Under the pieces are notes generated by a model. That model worked only from the letters and a program-made list of their open reading frames with translations, was not told where the DNA came from and did not search any database. Positions 53,270 to 64,000 of a DNA stretch of 64,000 nt are shown piece by piece (positions within the stretch are counted from its first letter, which is position 1; the number at the start of each line of letters is the position of its first letter). The stretch is from the NCBI GenBank assembly GCA_009602725.1, contig WELB01000001.1:2175117-2239116 (forward strand), given 5' to 3'. The translations under genes were made by a program, and so were the position numbers. This DNA comes from Spirogloea muscicola (lineage: Eukaryota).

Positions 53270-54102
53270 CCCTGTTGAGCAGCCGGAGGTCAGAGAAACT
53301 AGTTCCTGGCTTCGGGTCCCTGTCTATAGCCAGAGGTTGCAGCCACGGCGCGATCAGGACGCAGATCACGCGCGTATGCCTTCGGACCGCTGCGGCAAAG
53401 CAGACGGGAAGGGTACTGCGGCAACACCAACTGCCACATGCGACGCAGCTGGGCTGGAACAAGAAGGAGAAAGTGCTCGCCCATTGAGAATAGGGGCTGG
53501 AAAAGCCAGCCCAAAAAAGAATGAACAGAGGACGAGAAGGGGGCCAGGGAAGCGCTACAAAAAACAAGCAAACAGAGAAATAAAGCAGCTACAAATCACT
53601 CAGTAACCTCTGCTAAGCAGCCGCAGGTCGGAGATGCTGGGCTCGTGGAAGTGGGTCCCCTGGCCCACAGAGCCAGAGGCAGCAGCAAGGGCTCTGGCAG
53701 TGGCTGGTTGGATCTCCTCCAGCGGCTTGCCCGGGAGGCCATCGAGCGGCGGCAGGGTTCGCCAGGCTTCAATGCTGCCGGCTCCCTCTCGCAGGTCTTT
53801 CGGATGAGGCTGGCGGTCTCGCTGCAGCGCTGTTTGGCTCATGCGGTCCACGCGCGGGCTGGCCGTGCTATGGCTGCTGCTCCCGGGTCTCGGCAAAGTG
53901 CCGCTTCTCCTGCTCCGAGTTACTCTGATCTGCTGTTGCTCACACGTGGGTACTGAGCAGCCATCTGCATCTCCCTCTGCACCATCTTGCACTTTGTAGT
54001 GTAGTCCTTTTTCAGCACCTCTTTCTTTGGCTTTGAACATTGTCCATTCTTTTTGGGTTGGCTTTGCCAGCCCCTCTTCTCAATGGGCGAGCACCTTCTT
54101 CT
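53270..54102. mobile_element. Three CRE-like 3' copies: two tandem on minus, one on plus joined head-to-head
   Basis: Minus 53270-53440 reads DRAVAATSGYRQG/SFSDLRLLNR. Minus 53466-53700 reads ARALAAASG...SDLRLLSRGY* plus UTR. Plus 53695-54102 reads GSGWLDLLQRLA...SDLLLLTRGY* plus UTR. Confidence 0.85.
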
Positions 54103-54302
54103 GGAACTCCCGCCGCCTGTCTCGGCTCGCCAACTGAACGACCTACGAGGCCTGGAAAAGGCGAAGCTTGCGCCCGACACGCGGCAGCAGAGACGGCCCC
54201 CGCGAAACGGCCGGGCATATTCCCCTGGCGCCACGTCACAGCTCCCTCTCTCTCCGGCCAGCCGCCCCTTTGCCGCCGTCTCCGCCCGCCGCCGTCGCCG
54301 CC

Positions 54303-56814
54303 ATGGCGTGCCGCGACGGCGACGGCGCCGCCAGCCCTCCGCTCGCGGCCGCTGCCGCCNNNNNNNNNNNNNNNNNNNNNNNNNNNNNNNNNNNNNNNNN
54401 NNNNNNNNNNNNNNNNNNNNNNNNNNNNNNNNNNNNNNNNNNNNNNNNNNNNNNNNNNNNNNNNNNNNNNNNNNNNNNNNNNNNNNNNNNNNNNNNNNNN
54501 NNNNNNNNNNNNNNNNNNNNNNNNNNNNNNNNNNNNNNNNNNNNNNNNNNNNNNNNNNNNNNNNNNNNNNNNNNNNNNNNNNNNNNNNNNNNNNNNNNNN
54601 NNNNNNNNNNNNNNNNNNNNNNNNNNNNNNNNNNNNNNNNNNNNNNNNNNNNNNNNNNNNNNNNNNNNNNNNNNNNNNNNNNNNNNNNNNNNNNNNNNNN
54701 NNNNNNNNNNNNNNNNNNNNNNNNNNNNNNNNNNNNNNNNNNNNNNNNNNNNNNNNNNNNNNNNNNNNNNNNNNNNNNNNNNNNNNNNNNNNNNNNNNNN
54801 NNNNNNNNNNNNNNNNNNNNNNNNNNNNNNNNNNNNNNNNNNNNNNNNNNNNNNNNNNNNNNNNNNNNNNNNNNNNNNNNNNNNNNNNNNNNNNNNNNNN
54901 NNNNNNNNNNNNNNNNNNNNNNNNNNNNNNNNNNNNNNNNNNNNNNNNNNNNNNNNNNCCGGGACTTCCGGTGGTTCCTGCAGAGGAGCTATGTCCTCAA
55001 GAAGTCCCTGTGTGGAATTCTAGAAGGTATATGCCTGTCCTCTGAAGCTATATCTTCAGAAACTTCCTGTATGGGAACTGGAGAAGGCACAATTAGGACG
55101 CTAGGGTACACAGTGGGAGCTGCCGTGCTTCCAGGGTGCTGTCAGTATCTGCATGTACTTAACTCGCCAGGACTGCAGCATGTTGAACTTAGCAGTAAGT
55201 ACTGTAGTCGTTCCCTTTTGTACAAAAGAGGGTGGGTTGTTATGCTTTGGCAAGTTGCTATGCCAGTCTATCAGGCCATGTCAGTCTAGCATGTATGCCC
55301 TTTAGTATGTGACTCGGTTCCAAATGACAGGAAATATATGGTCAACCCTAATCTTAAGATCCCTAAATGAGAACCCCTGGAGGGGGGGGAGGGGGGGTTG
55401 GGGGGGGGTGATGAGGTGGGGTGGGGGGGACCTAGCTAGCTGCTCTTGGCTAAGTCCTAATGGCGAAGTTGCTTTGCAGAAAGCAGTGTGCTGAATGGAG
55501 GTTGTTTAGTAGCTTCTTGCTAACTCAGTACTATCTGACTGGGTGCAGAGTGTGATGAAACCGTCGACTTTTTCTTCTATGACACCTCTCCCTTTGTTAG
55601 CGAATATCACCACAAGAACTATAAAGAACATATGATGGACTGGAGGGGTTTAAAGAGCGACAACTGGACGGCTCAGCTTAATGCACAAGTGGAGGTAGGA
55701 ATTCACATTGCCATCTTTGGAGAGTTATTCCGAGATACTGCTCCTTGTTGACATTGTTGGGTTGATTTATCTTGAGTCTCAATTGTCCATGTCAGGTGAG
55801 CTGGACCCTTAGAAAGTGCAGCCAAGCATTAAAGATCCAACAGTTAGAAGCAAGGCATGCAGTTTGTTAACTAACACAGTCATGTGTTAGTGCTTGCATC
55901 CAATAGCGACAAGGCTGAACATGCAATTTGCTTACTTGTGAAGTCAACGCTGCATGGTGTGAGACAAAGCTGTTCTCGTTTGTCTTAGCAGGAGCTAAGA
56001 GAGGCGCTTAACCAGTCCAGAGGCAGATTCAAGATAGTTATTGGTCACCATCCTATTTTCAGCTACGGCCACCATGGTGACACTGAAGAGCTAGTTGACC
56101 AGATCTCACCTTTATTGGAGGTGCATGCCCCGCTGTTCAGCGCATGCTGGCATGCCTGCGTCATATTATGTCACTCATGCGGTTTCACAGAAAGCTGGAA
56201 CTGTTGAGGCAAATATATCTCCATTTTGTCGCCAGGATAAGGGGATTTCCAAGTAGAAGCTGCGAATCTGCACATGCACTCCTCTCCACCTCCGTTTTAA
56301 ATTGTTCCTTCTCACCTTCTGTGAACTTTGCAGGAGTACAAGGTAGATCTGTACATGAATGGCCATGATCACGACTTGCAACATGTGAAGAAACCAGACA
56401 GGTGTACAGGATGCACCATCTTGATGATTCGCTGACACACCCATGTGTGTCTTTTTAGTGCTTGAAGTATTGCCTGCAGTTGAAGCTCTTCTGAGCATGG
56501 AATGAGATCGTTGTTGTCAATATAGCTGAGCTCAAAGTTATGCCGCTATTTTGAGCAGGTACACTCATTTCATCAACTGCGGAGGTGGATCCAAAGCTTG
56601 GCACCATGGTGACCCTCGCCTGCCAGACGATCAATACCCCAAAGATCTCAAGTACTTCTACAACGGCCAGGGTTTTGCATCCCTACTAGTGACCAGGGAG
56701 GAGCTGCGTCTCCACTTTCACACGCTTGAGGATGACACAGCATACAGTTTACGCCTCGATAGCGACAGGAGGACAGACATGAGGAGAGGCAGCCATGGAC
56801 TTCTATTGGCCTAG
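54303..56814 (+). CDS. Purple acid phosphatase (low-MW PAP3/17/TRAP-like metallophosphoesterase); 5' part in N gap
   Basis: VDFFFYDTSPF, KIVIGHHPIFSYGHHGDTEEL, VDLYMNGHDHDLQH, FINCGGGSKAW, YNGQGF. Confidence 0.88.
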
Positions 56815-57138
56815 TCTGACAGGCATCCAGGCTGTCTATCTACAAGCTCCAATAGGTACATTTAAAGTTAAGCAGTCACCAATAGCAGTCAAGGCTAGTT
56901 GCATTCATGTCATGTTTGCTCCTAAGGGGAAGGAGGCAGAAGAGGCCAGCCCAACAGCAAGAATAGAGTTTGGCGAGCAGCACCAATAGCAGAAGTTGTC
57001 TGATGTAGCATCATCCACAGATACTGCAAATGACTCTTAGCTTGTAGACTCGCAGGGAGTGTCTGACAACGCCCACCAATCCCACCTCCCATCCTCTCTA
57101 GGGTCCAGTTTTCTCCACATTCTTTGCAATTATTTATT

Positions 57139-57213
57139 GCCTGGGCTTGGGAGCTGCGCTCTCACATTATCAATCATTCTTAGCCTGGGCCTGGGAGCTG
57201 TGCTCTCACATTA
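57139..57213. repeat. Local direct duplication (~31 bp, period ~45)
   Basis: gcctgggcttgggagctgcgctctcacatta / gcctgggcctgggagctgtgctctcacatta. Confidence 0.7.
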
Positions 57214-58228
57214 ACAGTCATTTCACGCACTTCGGCTGGCCTCCATATCCACTCTACAAATTGGTGAGAGCTTGCTAACTGTCTCGCAAACATATGACTA
57301 CCTTTTTGTGAATATCAGCTAATGATTTGTCTTTAGGACAATAAGGAAAAGCCTGAAGCTCTTGTCCCCCTTGTTGTGATATATGCCCACGTGTTCTATG
57401 TCTACATCTAGACCCATGGGTTTCGGAAATAGGTGTGAAATATTCTCCATAACATTGTGTGCTTTCACACAAGCTGTTGCTTTACATATGGTGTCGATCC
57501 TCCAATTCGATGGTAGAATCTTGAGAGCTCATAGATAGTTGTCACTCAGGAAGCATGTACTGAACTTTGTGCCTCAGAAGCACCTCCTACTGTATCTCTC
57601 AAAGCTGTCTATAGTGGCCAATGCATGCACTCTGTATGCTACATCAATCATGGTCTAATTGTGACAGTTTTCACGCCTTCTGCTCTCACCTCTGCTCTAG
57701 TTTCGTTTGTCGGCAATGTGATGTACCTCACATATCATTGTTCTGAATTGGCTTATGACGTGGTTTGGCACCCGACACTATATGGCATGACAGCTGCTTC
57801 TCAGTACCTGGGCATGGAGAGCTGGATATCATATTGATGGGCAGAGGACAAACGAGAACGAGCCTCGTTGAAGCTCGTGTCTGTGTGCAGATCAGCTTCA
57901 CTGGACGGATTCTAGCACCAGCTGCACCCACAAATTGCCTGCCTGAAGGAGCAAACAGCTAGGCATACCAAGACTTGACAAAAGCTGCCCACAAAGCAAT
58001 GACAAGGCTGCCTGTGGCACAAAGTGATGCAAAACCCGCAAGCAAGCCCAACAGGGCTTAGCCTCCAAGTCAAGCCTCAGGACCCCTAACGTAGTCAGGA
58101 GTGGTCAGACCCAAGACAGCCAAAGACCACACGTGTTACCTACTAGCGCAACATGCAGCAAGTCTGCAGGGTATAAATAATCACTGCGAAGGAATTCTCC
58201 AGCATTAATTATTGCTGTTTAAATAAAA

Positions 58229-61200
58229 TCATAGCTCCCTATTTGGTCGAGAAGTTCGCAAGTGATCCTGCAAAACTGCGACCAAAGAATCCACTGCTAT
58301 GCTACTTTCTGTCCTTTGAATCAAGTCTTTGATTTTCACTTCCCCCTTGTCTAATTCGTCAGACCCAAACAGCACCATCCATGGGATGCCCTGCCATCAA
58401 AAGAACAGTGCTTTCATTACCTTCAATTTGTTTTGATGCTAAAAAACCTTTCAAGTTACGCTGCAGGGAAGCATATTACATGCAAGTTGGCACGTAAGAC
58501 ATGCCAAGTCGAAGCTACGCTCACACAACTTTGTCTGTCTATACCTATCTGTAGCTTCTTGTTGAGATCGAAGTGCAAGGCACAAAATACCGACATTAAG
58601 ATTGAGTACTCTTTGCAGGACATGGCATAGGCACACATAAGCTAATCATTTGTGGCTGACCTGCTTATTAGCAAACTCGAGCTGCTTCTGCAGGTTGGGC
58701 GATGCTGCAAACACAAACTCTGCCTTAATTCCTGCTGCCCAGAGCTTCGTACACAACTCCATACGTTTCCGAAGAAGGTCAGGCCCAATGCTGGCAATCA
58801 GTACCTCTGTCTGAGTACTCCGTATCAACTGCAACCAAAGCGATATCATGTCTTTCAGCGAGCATAACACGTCAGCTGTATATCATGTTGGGGTCAAAGT
58901 CCTGAGTTCCGCAGCACAAGCATTGAGGCATCAGGCAGCAGAGGGGCTGAGCTACTTTTGCTGCAATTCGGGCCACAACTACATTTCCATAGCGTCATCT
59001 ACTAAGATCACAACCATCTTCAGTTGTTCGAAGTAAGTAAACCATAGTAATCAGAGGACATGGACATCTCCTGATGTAATTGTTGCCATTGCTGTTAAGC
59101 TCACTACCTCGCTTCGTTGACACTCAAGATCCTCCATGATAGAGAACACTCGCTCAATGCCAAGTGAGACACCCACAGCAGGAACCTGTACCCAGATGCC
59201 CAAGCACTTGCTCAGAATTGCTGGGGCTATGTGTATCAAGATAGCTCATAACACGGAAGAGGCAATGCATACTACATCTAGCAAGCATGACAAACAAACA
59301 GGCAAGACATGCTCCTACAGAGGAGCAGTACAAGATTTAGCGGACGGACATACCTGCTTCCCGCAAAACATGCCGACCAGATTGTCATATCTCCCTCCAG
59401 CTGCAATTGATCCTACCTGCTCCATGGGATATGATTTATGTAGCCAACCAGCATTCCGGCAACAAACATAGCACCTGGTGTTGGCTAAAGATAGGCACAC
59501 AAATATCAAGCTGGCGGACTGTCATGGTGAAGCTCGTCCCAAGCTGTATACCTGTGATTCGCCTTTGAAGACAGCCTCGTATATGACTCCAGTGTAATAG
59601 TCAAGCCCTCGAGCCAAGCTCAGGTCAAAGACAATGCGGCCCAGGCATTGAAAGGATTGCAGGTAGCCGAAAAGCAAGAAGAGGTCCTCCAGAGCTGCCA
59701 GCGACTCTTTGTGGCCGGCAAATGGCCCGTCAGGAGACCTGAGCTCCTGCAGAAGCGAGAGTGGCTCGCCCCGCTTGGAGACAAAGGTCCCTATCCTGTC
59801 AGCGACATCTACTGGCAGGCCCTTCTCATTCACCTGCCAGACCAAGTCGTGAACAAACACCTCAATGGATGTCCCTCTTATCCTTCCACAAGCATGACAG
59901 CGGAATGCCGTCTCTTTGCACACTTGGATTACTCGGCATGCATGACAACTTGTAGATCTGGCTCTGATTATGGGACTATTACAGGCATGTTGCGAAAAGC
60001 CCCACTAGCCTATTGCACCCACTGCTCTCTTGTCAACCCTCTTTGCACTCGAGCACCGAGGGGCAATGGCATCAGACCATCTCAGCTCGAACATCTTCCC
60101 AGGACTCCTTGTCAAGCTTGTCAATAGCTGAGCAGATGGCGCGGAATCTGGTAGGTGGAACACCGCAAATGTCCAGCATGCCGTCCAGCAATCGTCTGTG
60201 GTTCAGCTTTATCTGGAGCACTCTTGATCAGACAATGCTTGCTTCGTAAGCATCAAGCTTGTAGAAGAGCAAACAAGTACGCATGCCGGCATAGCCATGG
60301 CAATGGAGGACACAACTTCCTTGCAGGAAAGCAACGCAGACCATCGGGCTCAGGGCTGACCTCAAACTCCCCGATACTGAGCTCCTCCAGGATCTCCGTG
60401 ATGACTTTGAGGATTTCAGCATCAGGTACCATGGGGATGTAGGTGCCTGCAATGTCAAAGTCGCACTGGTAGAATTCACGGTATCTACCCTGGTTCATCT
60501 GAGGATTATCTCGTCTGTACACCTGCAAATTTGTGGCACACAATGAGCAGGTAAGAGAATATTAGTGTGATGGTTAAAAGAGGCTGGGTTACTGCTGGTT
60601 ACATCTGTTGACATGCAATGAGGGTGCCAGTGAGGCTCACTCGAGCAATGTGGTACCGCTTGATGTTCCCCACACTGTGCATCGCCAAGTACCTCGCAAA
60701 GGGTACTGTCAGGTCGTAGCGTAGGGACAGAATCTCTCCTCCCTGAGAAGAAATTGATTGGCACGCAAGAGAGACATTCGACATCAACAGGTGCAGGCTT
60801 TGCAGTGTCTGCTCTGCAACAGCACTTGACTACTGCCTGGAAGCGGCACTGAAGAGCTGCAACGTTCATGCTCGCTGGCATGGAAAATCATCTGGACCTG
60901 ATCTGCGAGGTCATAGATGAGCTTGGAGTCCTCGCCGTACTTGCCCATGAGGGTTTCCCGCAGCTCGAACACGGGGGTGTCCAGCGCCACGCCCCCGTGA
61001 CGCTTGAATACAGCCGTAATGATAACAAAGGCCTTCTCGCGGATTGCCATCTGGTCCGGCAAGAAATCTCTAGTGCCCTGTATACAAGGAAGAGGCAGTA
61101 TTACAATGAGCAGTGCTGAGCTTGCAGCAAGGCGCATGATGATATAGGCTTTTCTAAGTACAAATGCTGGGCACACATCTCCTCTCCAGTGCATGTGTGA

Positions 61201-63176
61201 CAGACCTTGGGAATCTTGGGCACGCGCCGGGCCTCATTGCTTTCCAGCGCCGCCTGCAGGGCCACTAGATGCTCCTGCATGCTCTCGCTCTTCGCGTCCA
61301 AGGCTCCATCAAGCGCCTCCACCTGTGCGGTCAGGCCCGAGCCGCGGACACCTTGGAGCACGCCTTCGAGGTACTGCCGCACCAGGGCCGTGCCCTTGCC
61401 AAGCAGTCCGCTACCCCCACCTCCAGTGGTGTTGCCGCCCTTGCCCTTCTTTCCGCTGCCCTCCTTTCCCCGCCCTACACCGCCGCCCTTCCGCTGCTCG
61501 CCAGCCCCAACCTCGGCCCGTGGTGCAGTGTCCGAAGCATCCTTGCCAGCAGATCGTGCTGCGGTGCTGGCCTCCCGGCTCTTCAGGAGCTGGAGGCTGG
61601 CAACGGCCTCCAATGCAGAAAGCTCTCGCGCCAGGTCCAAGCAGGCAACACACTTGCGCGCGGCGAGCACCGCCGGCAGGCCACCGCCGTCGACGAGGTC
61701 GGCCGCCGAGATGGCTGAAGACACCTCATCAGCCGCCGACTGAATGGCTGCCACAGTCTCTGAGGCAATGCCCAGGGCGCCAGAGAGCTCCGCTGCCGAG
61801 AGCTCGCCTCCAGGCTGCGCCTGGTACAAGTACAGAAGGTGCCGGCACTGGCGGCCATCACCTCCAGCGCAAAAGCTCCAGCACACTGACAAATGGCCTG
61901 ATGTGTGAACACTAGCAACTCCAGGTCCTGCACCCATCGCTGCGGCCTCACCTCGTGCCGCGACAGGACCTCGATGACTTTGGACGTGCGGCGCACGCTG
62001 CTGGAGGCCAGGGGCACGAGCGAGCGAAGGAGGCCGGTGACGTGCGTCGCCACCAGCGGGCAGGGGATGAAGGTGCTGCCCAGCTTGCCATTCGAGGCAG
62101 CATCAGCGGCATCGGTTGCCCCGCTGAGCTCGGCCTTGACGCTGCCAGCAACCGACTTCAAAGCCTCCCGTACTGCACTTCAGAAAAATGCGCGGCAGGT
62201 CGTATGAGGCCACTGGAGATCTGTATGTCACGCTCGCCAGAGCCCCGACGTACCTGCTGCAGCTATGATGGATGCAGCCCCATGAAGCCTTTCGCAGCAT
62301 GCACATCAACCAGCCTACATTGGGGGACAACCAAGACACGCCTTCTGCAGAGGCATGACAACTGTGCAAGCCGTGGAGCGCGTGCACACCTAGGCCGTGG
62401 CACTGGGGGAGGGCATTGATGGCGGCGAGGCTGACGCCGTCCTTGCGAGGGTTGACGAGCTTGGAGCCGGCCAGGAGAGCGCGGAGCTCCGAGGCGGCCT
62501 CGGCCTGTGACTTGTGCACCGGGCCCTCAGCGCCGCCGCCGAGGTCGAGAGCAGCCGTGTAGGCCTGCAGAGCCTCGCAGGACAGCGCCGCAACGCCGTC
62601 CGCCGCACGCAGCAGCACTCGCGCGTCGTGGACCGCCAGCGCCGCCACGCCGGCGCTGGCGGCGGCGGTCTCAAGCAGAGCGCGGTGCTCGGCCGCCGTG
62701 ACGCCGGAGGGCGCCGCGGCCAGGATCGCTGCCAGCGCTGCTAGCACGGCCAAGTCCCCGTCGGCAGCCGGCAGAGTCGGCGGCGGCGGCCCGCCGGAGG
62801 CGCCGAGAAGGGCGGCGAGGCCGTTGACCAACGCCGGGCGGACTCCGCGCCCGGGACCGCCCCGGAGCAGCGCAGCCAGCACCGCCGTCGCGACAGCACG
62901 CGCCTGCTCTGGCGGCAGCGCTGGCTGCGCCGGCGGCCCGTCGTGGCCGTCCTCGACGCCGCCGCCGTCGCCGTCGATGTCGAGCTTGGCAAAGCCGCCA
63001 CCATCCTCGCCAGCCGTGCCGACGCTGCGCGCCAGCCTCGCGAGCGCGGCGGCGTCGGGCACGGCGGCGTGGCCCAGCACGGCGACGGCGAACACGTCCT
63101 CCAGCGCCAAGGCCCCGACGCCCACGGCCACGGCGGGGGCGCGGCCGGCGCCGCCGCCGGCGTCCGCAGCGGCCAT
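58229..63176 (-). CDS. HARS: Cytosolic histidine--tRNA ligase with N-terminal HAL-like domain, multi-exon
   Basis: [95 protein letters not shown]. Confidence 0.95.
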
Positions 63177-63232
63177 GGTTGTCTCCGGCAGCTGTCTCTT
63201 TGTAACCAATATATGGAATATCAACTTTCCAG

Positions 63233-63290
63233 CAGAGGGCGATGGCAGTGAGTGGCCAGCCCAGAAATATGGCGAATGAACAAAGCTCGA
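63233..63290 (-). mobile_element. Degenerate CRE-like 3'-UTR core about 60 bp upstream of HisRS ATG
   Basis: agagggcgatggcagtgagtggccagcccagaaatatggcgaatgaacaa on +, similar to 15065-15110. Confidence 0.6.
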
Positions 63291-63440
63291 GATAAACTGG
63301 ACAAATATGCGCTTTCCCAGAGCTCTCCCGGGTAGAAGAAACACTTTATCACGATCGGAAGGGCCAGGAGCCCCTGGAATGACGGCGACACCGCCACAGT
63401 CCCGTGGGCTTTTCCGCGGCCCCTCGTCCCCAAACCCTAG

Positions 63441-64000
63441 GTCGAGGCCGCCGCGACTCCTCCAAAACCCCGGGCCGCCGCCGGGCGTCGCCGCCCCCCG
63501 CCATTGCCCGCCTCTCGACGCCCGAGCCGGCTCCTCCGCTGCCACTCCCGCCGCTGCTGCCGCCTCCGCCACACCAATCGCACCATCTGCATCGCCACCA
63601 CCACTAGTGCCGCTTTCTCAACCAACTCCCCCACTGCCGGCCATGCCATTGCCCCCATCGCTGCGTTCGCCGCCGCCGCCGTCGCTACCGCCTCCACCTT
63701 CGGGACCGCCAGCTCCGCCGCCTTCGTCTCCACACCGCTCGCCAAAGCCCGCTGCCGTGTAAACACTGTCAGCGGCCCTGCAAAAGTGGGCGGACCAGGC
63801 AGGCCAGTTCCTTCCGCGCCATCCCCGCCTAGGCCTCGTCACTGGCAGTGGCTCGCCGACCTCGACCTGGCAGCGGTCCACAGACAGGCGGCCCTTCCGC
63901 TCCTCCGCCATGTTCCCCGCTGGGTGCGCCCGCACCTTCGTCGAGCCCGCCGCCCCGTGATGCAGCGAATTGTGGCGGACCACCGCGACGAAGCGTCGTG
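63441..64000 (+). mobile_element. Probable 5' (pre-RT) part of a CRE-like ORF, truncated by window end
   Basis: Pro-rich region, then HWQWLADLDLAAVHRQAALPLLRHVPRWVRPHLRRARRPVMQRIVADHRDEAS(W), which resembles the block preceding the RT in CRE-clade ORFs (from memory). Confidence 0.5.

Noticed and set aside
54053..54100. Recurrent short peptides (SMGEHFL / ESARPLRIGAGKASPKK) as a coding family or zinc-knuckle remnant
   Set aside because: They are translations of the repeated UTR motif, lie downstream of the stop codon, and indels between copies break the frame.
63432..63439. Telo-box AAACCCTA upstream of HisRS (also ~46848-46858)
   Set aside because: Single 8-mers are plausible but cannot be told from chance without expression data.

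Overview
Gene-dense, GC-rich, intron-containing eukaryotic DNA with N gaps. The gene content looks like a streptophyte alga or early-diverging plant (inference). About 13 spliced genes can be supported: an orphan coiled-coil protein, two PPR proteins, a SETD9-like protein, a RING-VWA E3 ligase, a conserved plant Cys-rich protein, a LEA_2 protein, a CZIB/UPF0587 protein, plastid pyruvate kinase, a Pro-rich membrane protein, acetyl-CoA acetyltransferase, a purple acid phosphatase and HisRS with a HAL-like N-domain. Two things stand out. (1) A predicted transcription factor at 48.3-52.5 kb appears to splice a ZF-HD-class homeodomain in frame to an ABI3/LAV-type B3 domain. (2) Most intergenic intervals hold heavily 5'-truncated copies (12-630 bp) of a CRE-like, restriction-like-endonuclease (RLE) non-LTR retrotransposon family. 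These copies share a 3'-UTR hairpin, several carry target-site duplications (TSDs), several are inserted into each other's hairpin, and some lie 40-200 bp from host start codons. Exon boundaries were read by eye, and family assignments come from remembered motifs, not database searches.
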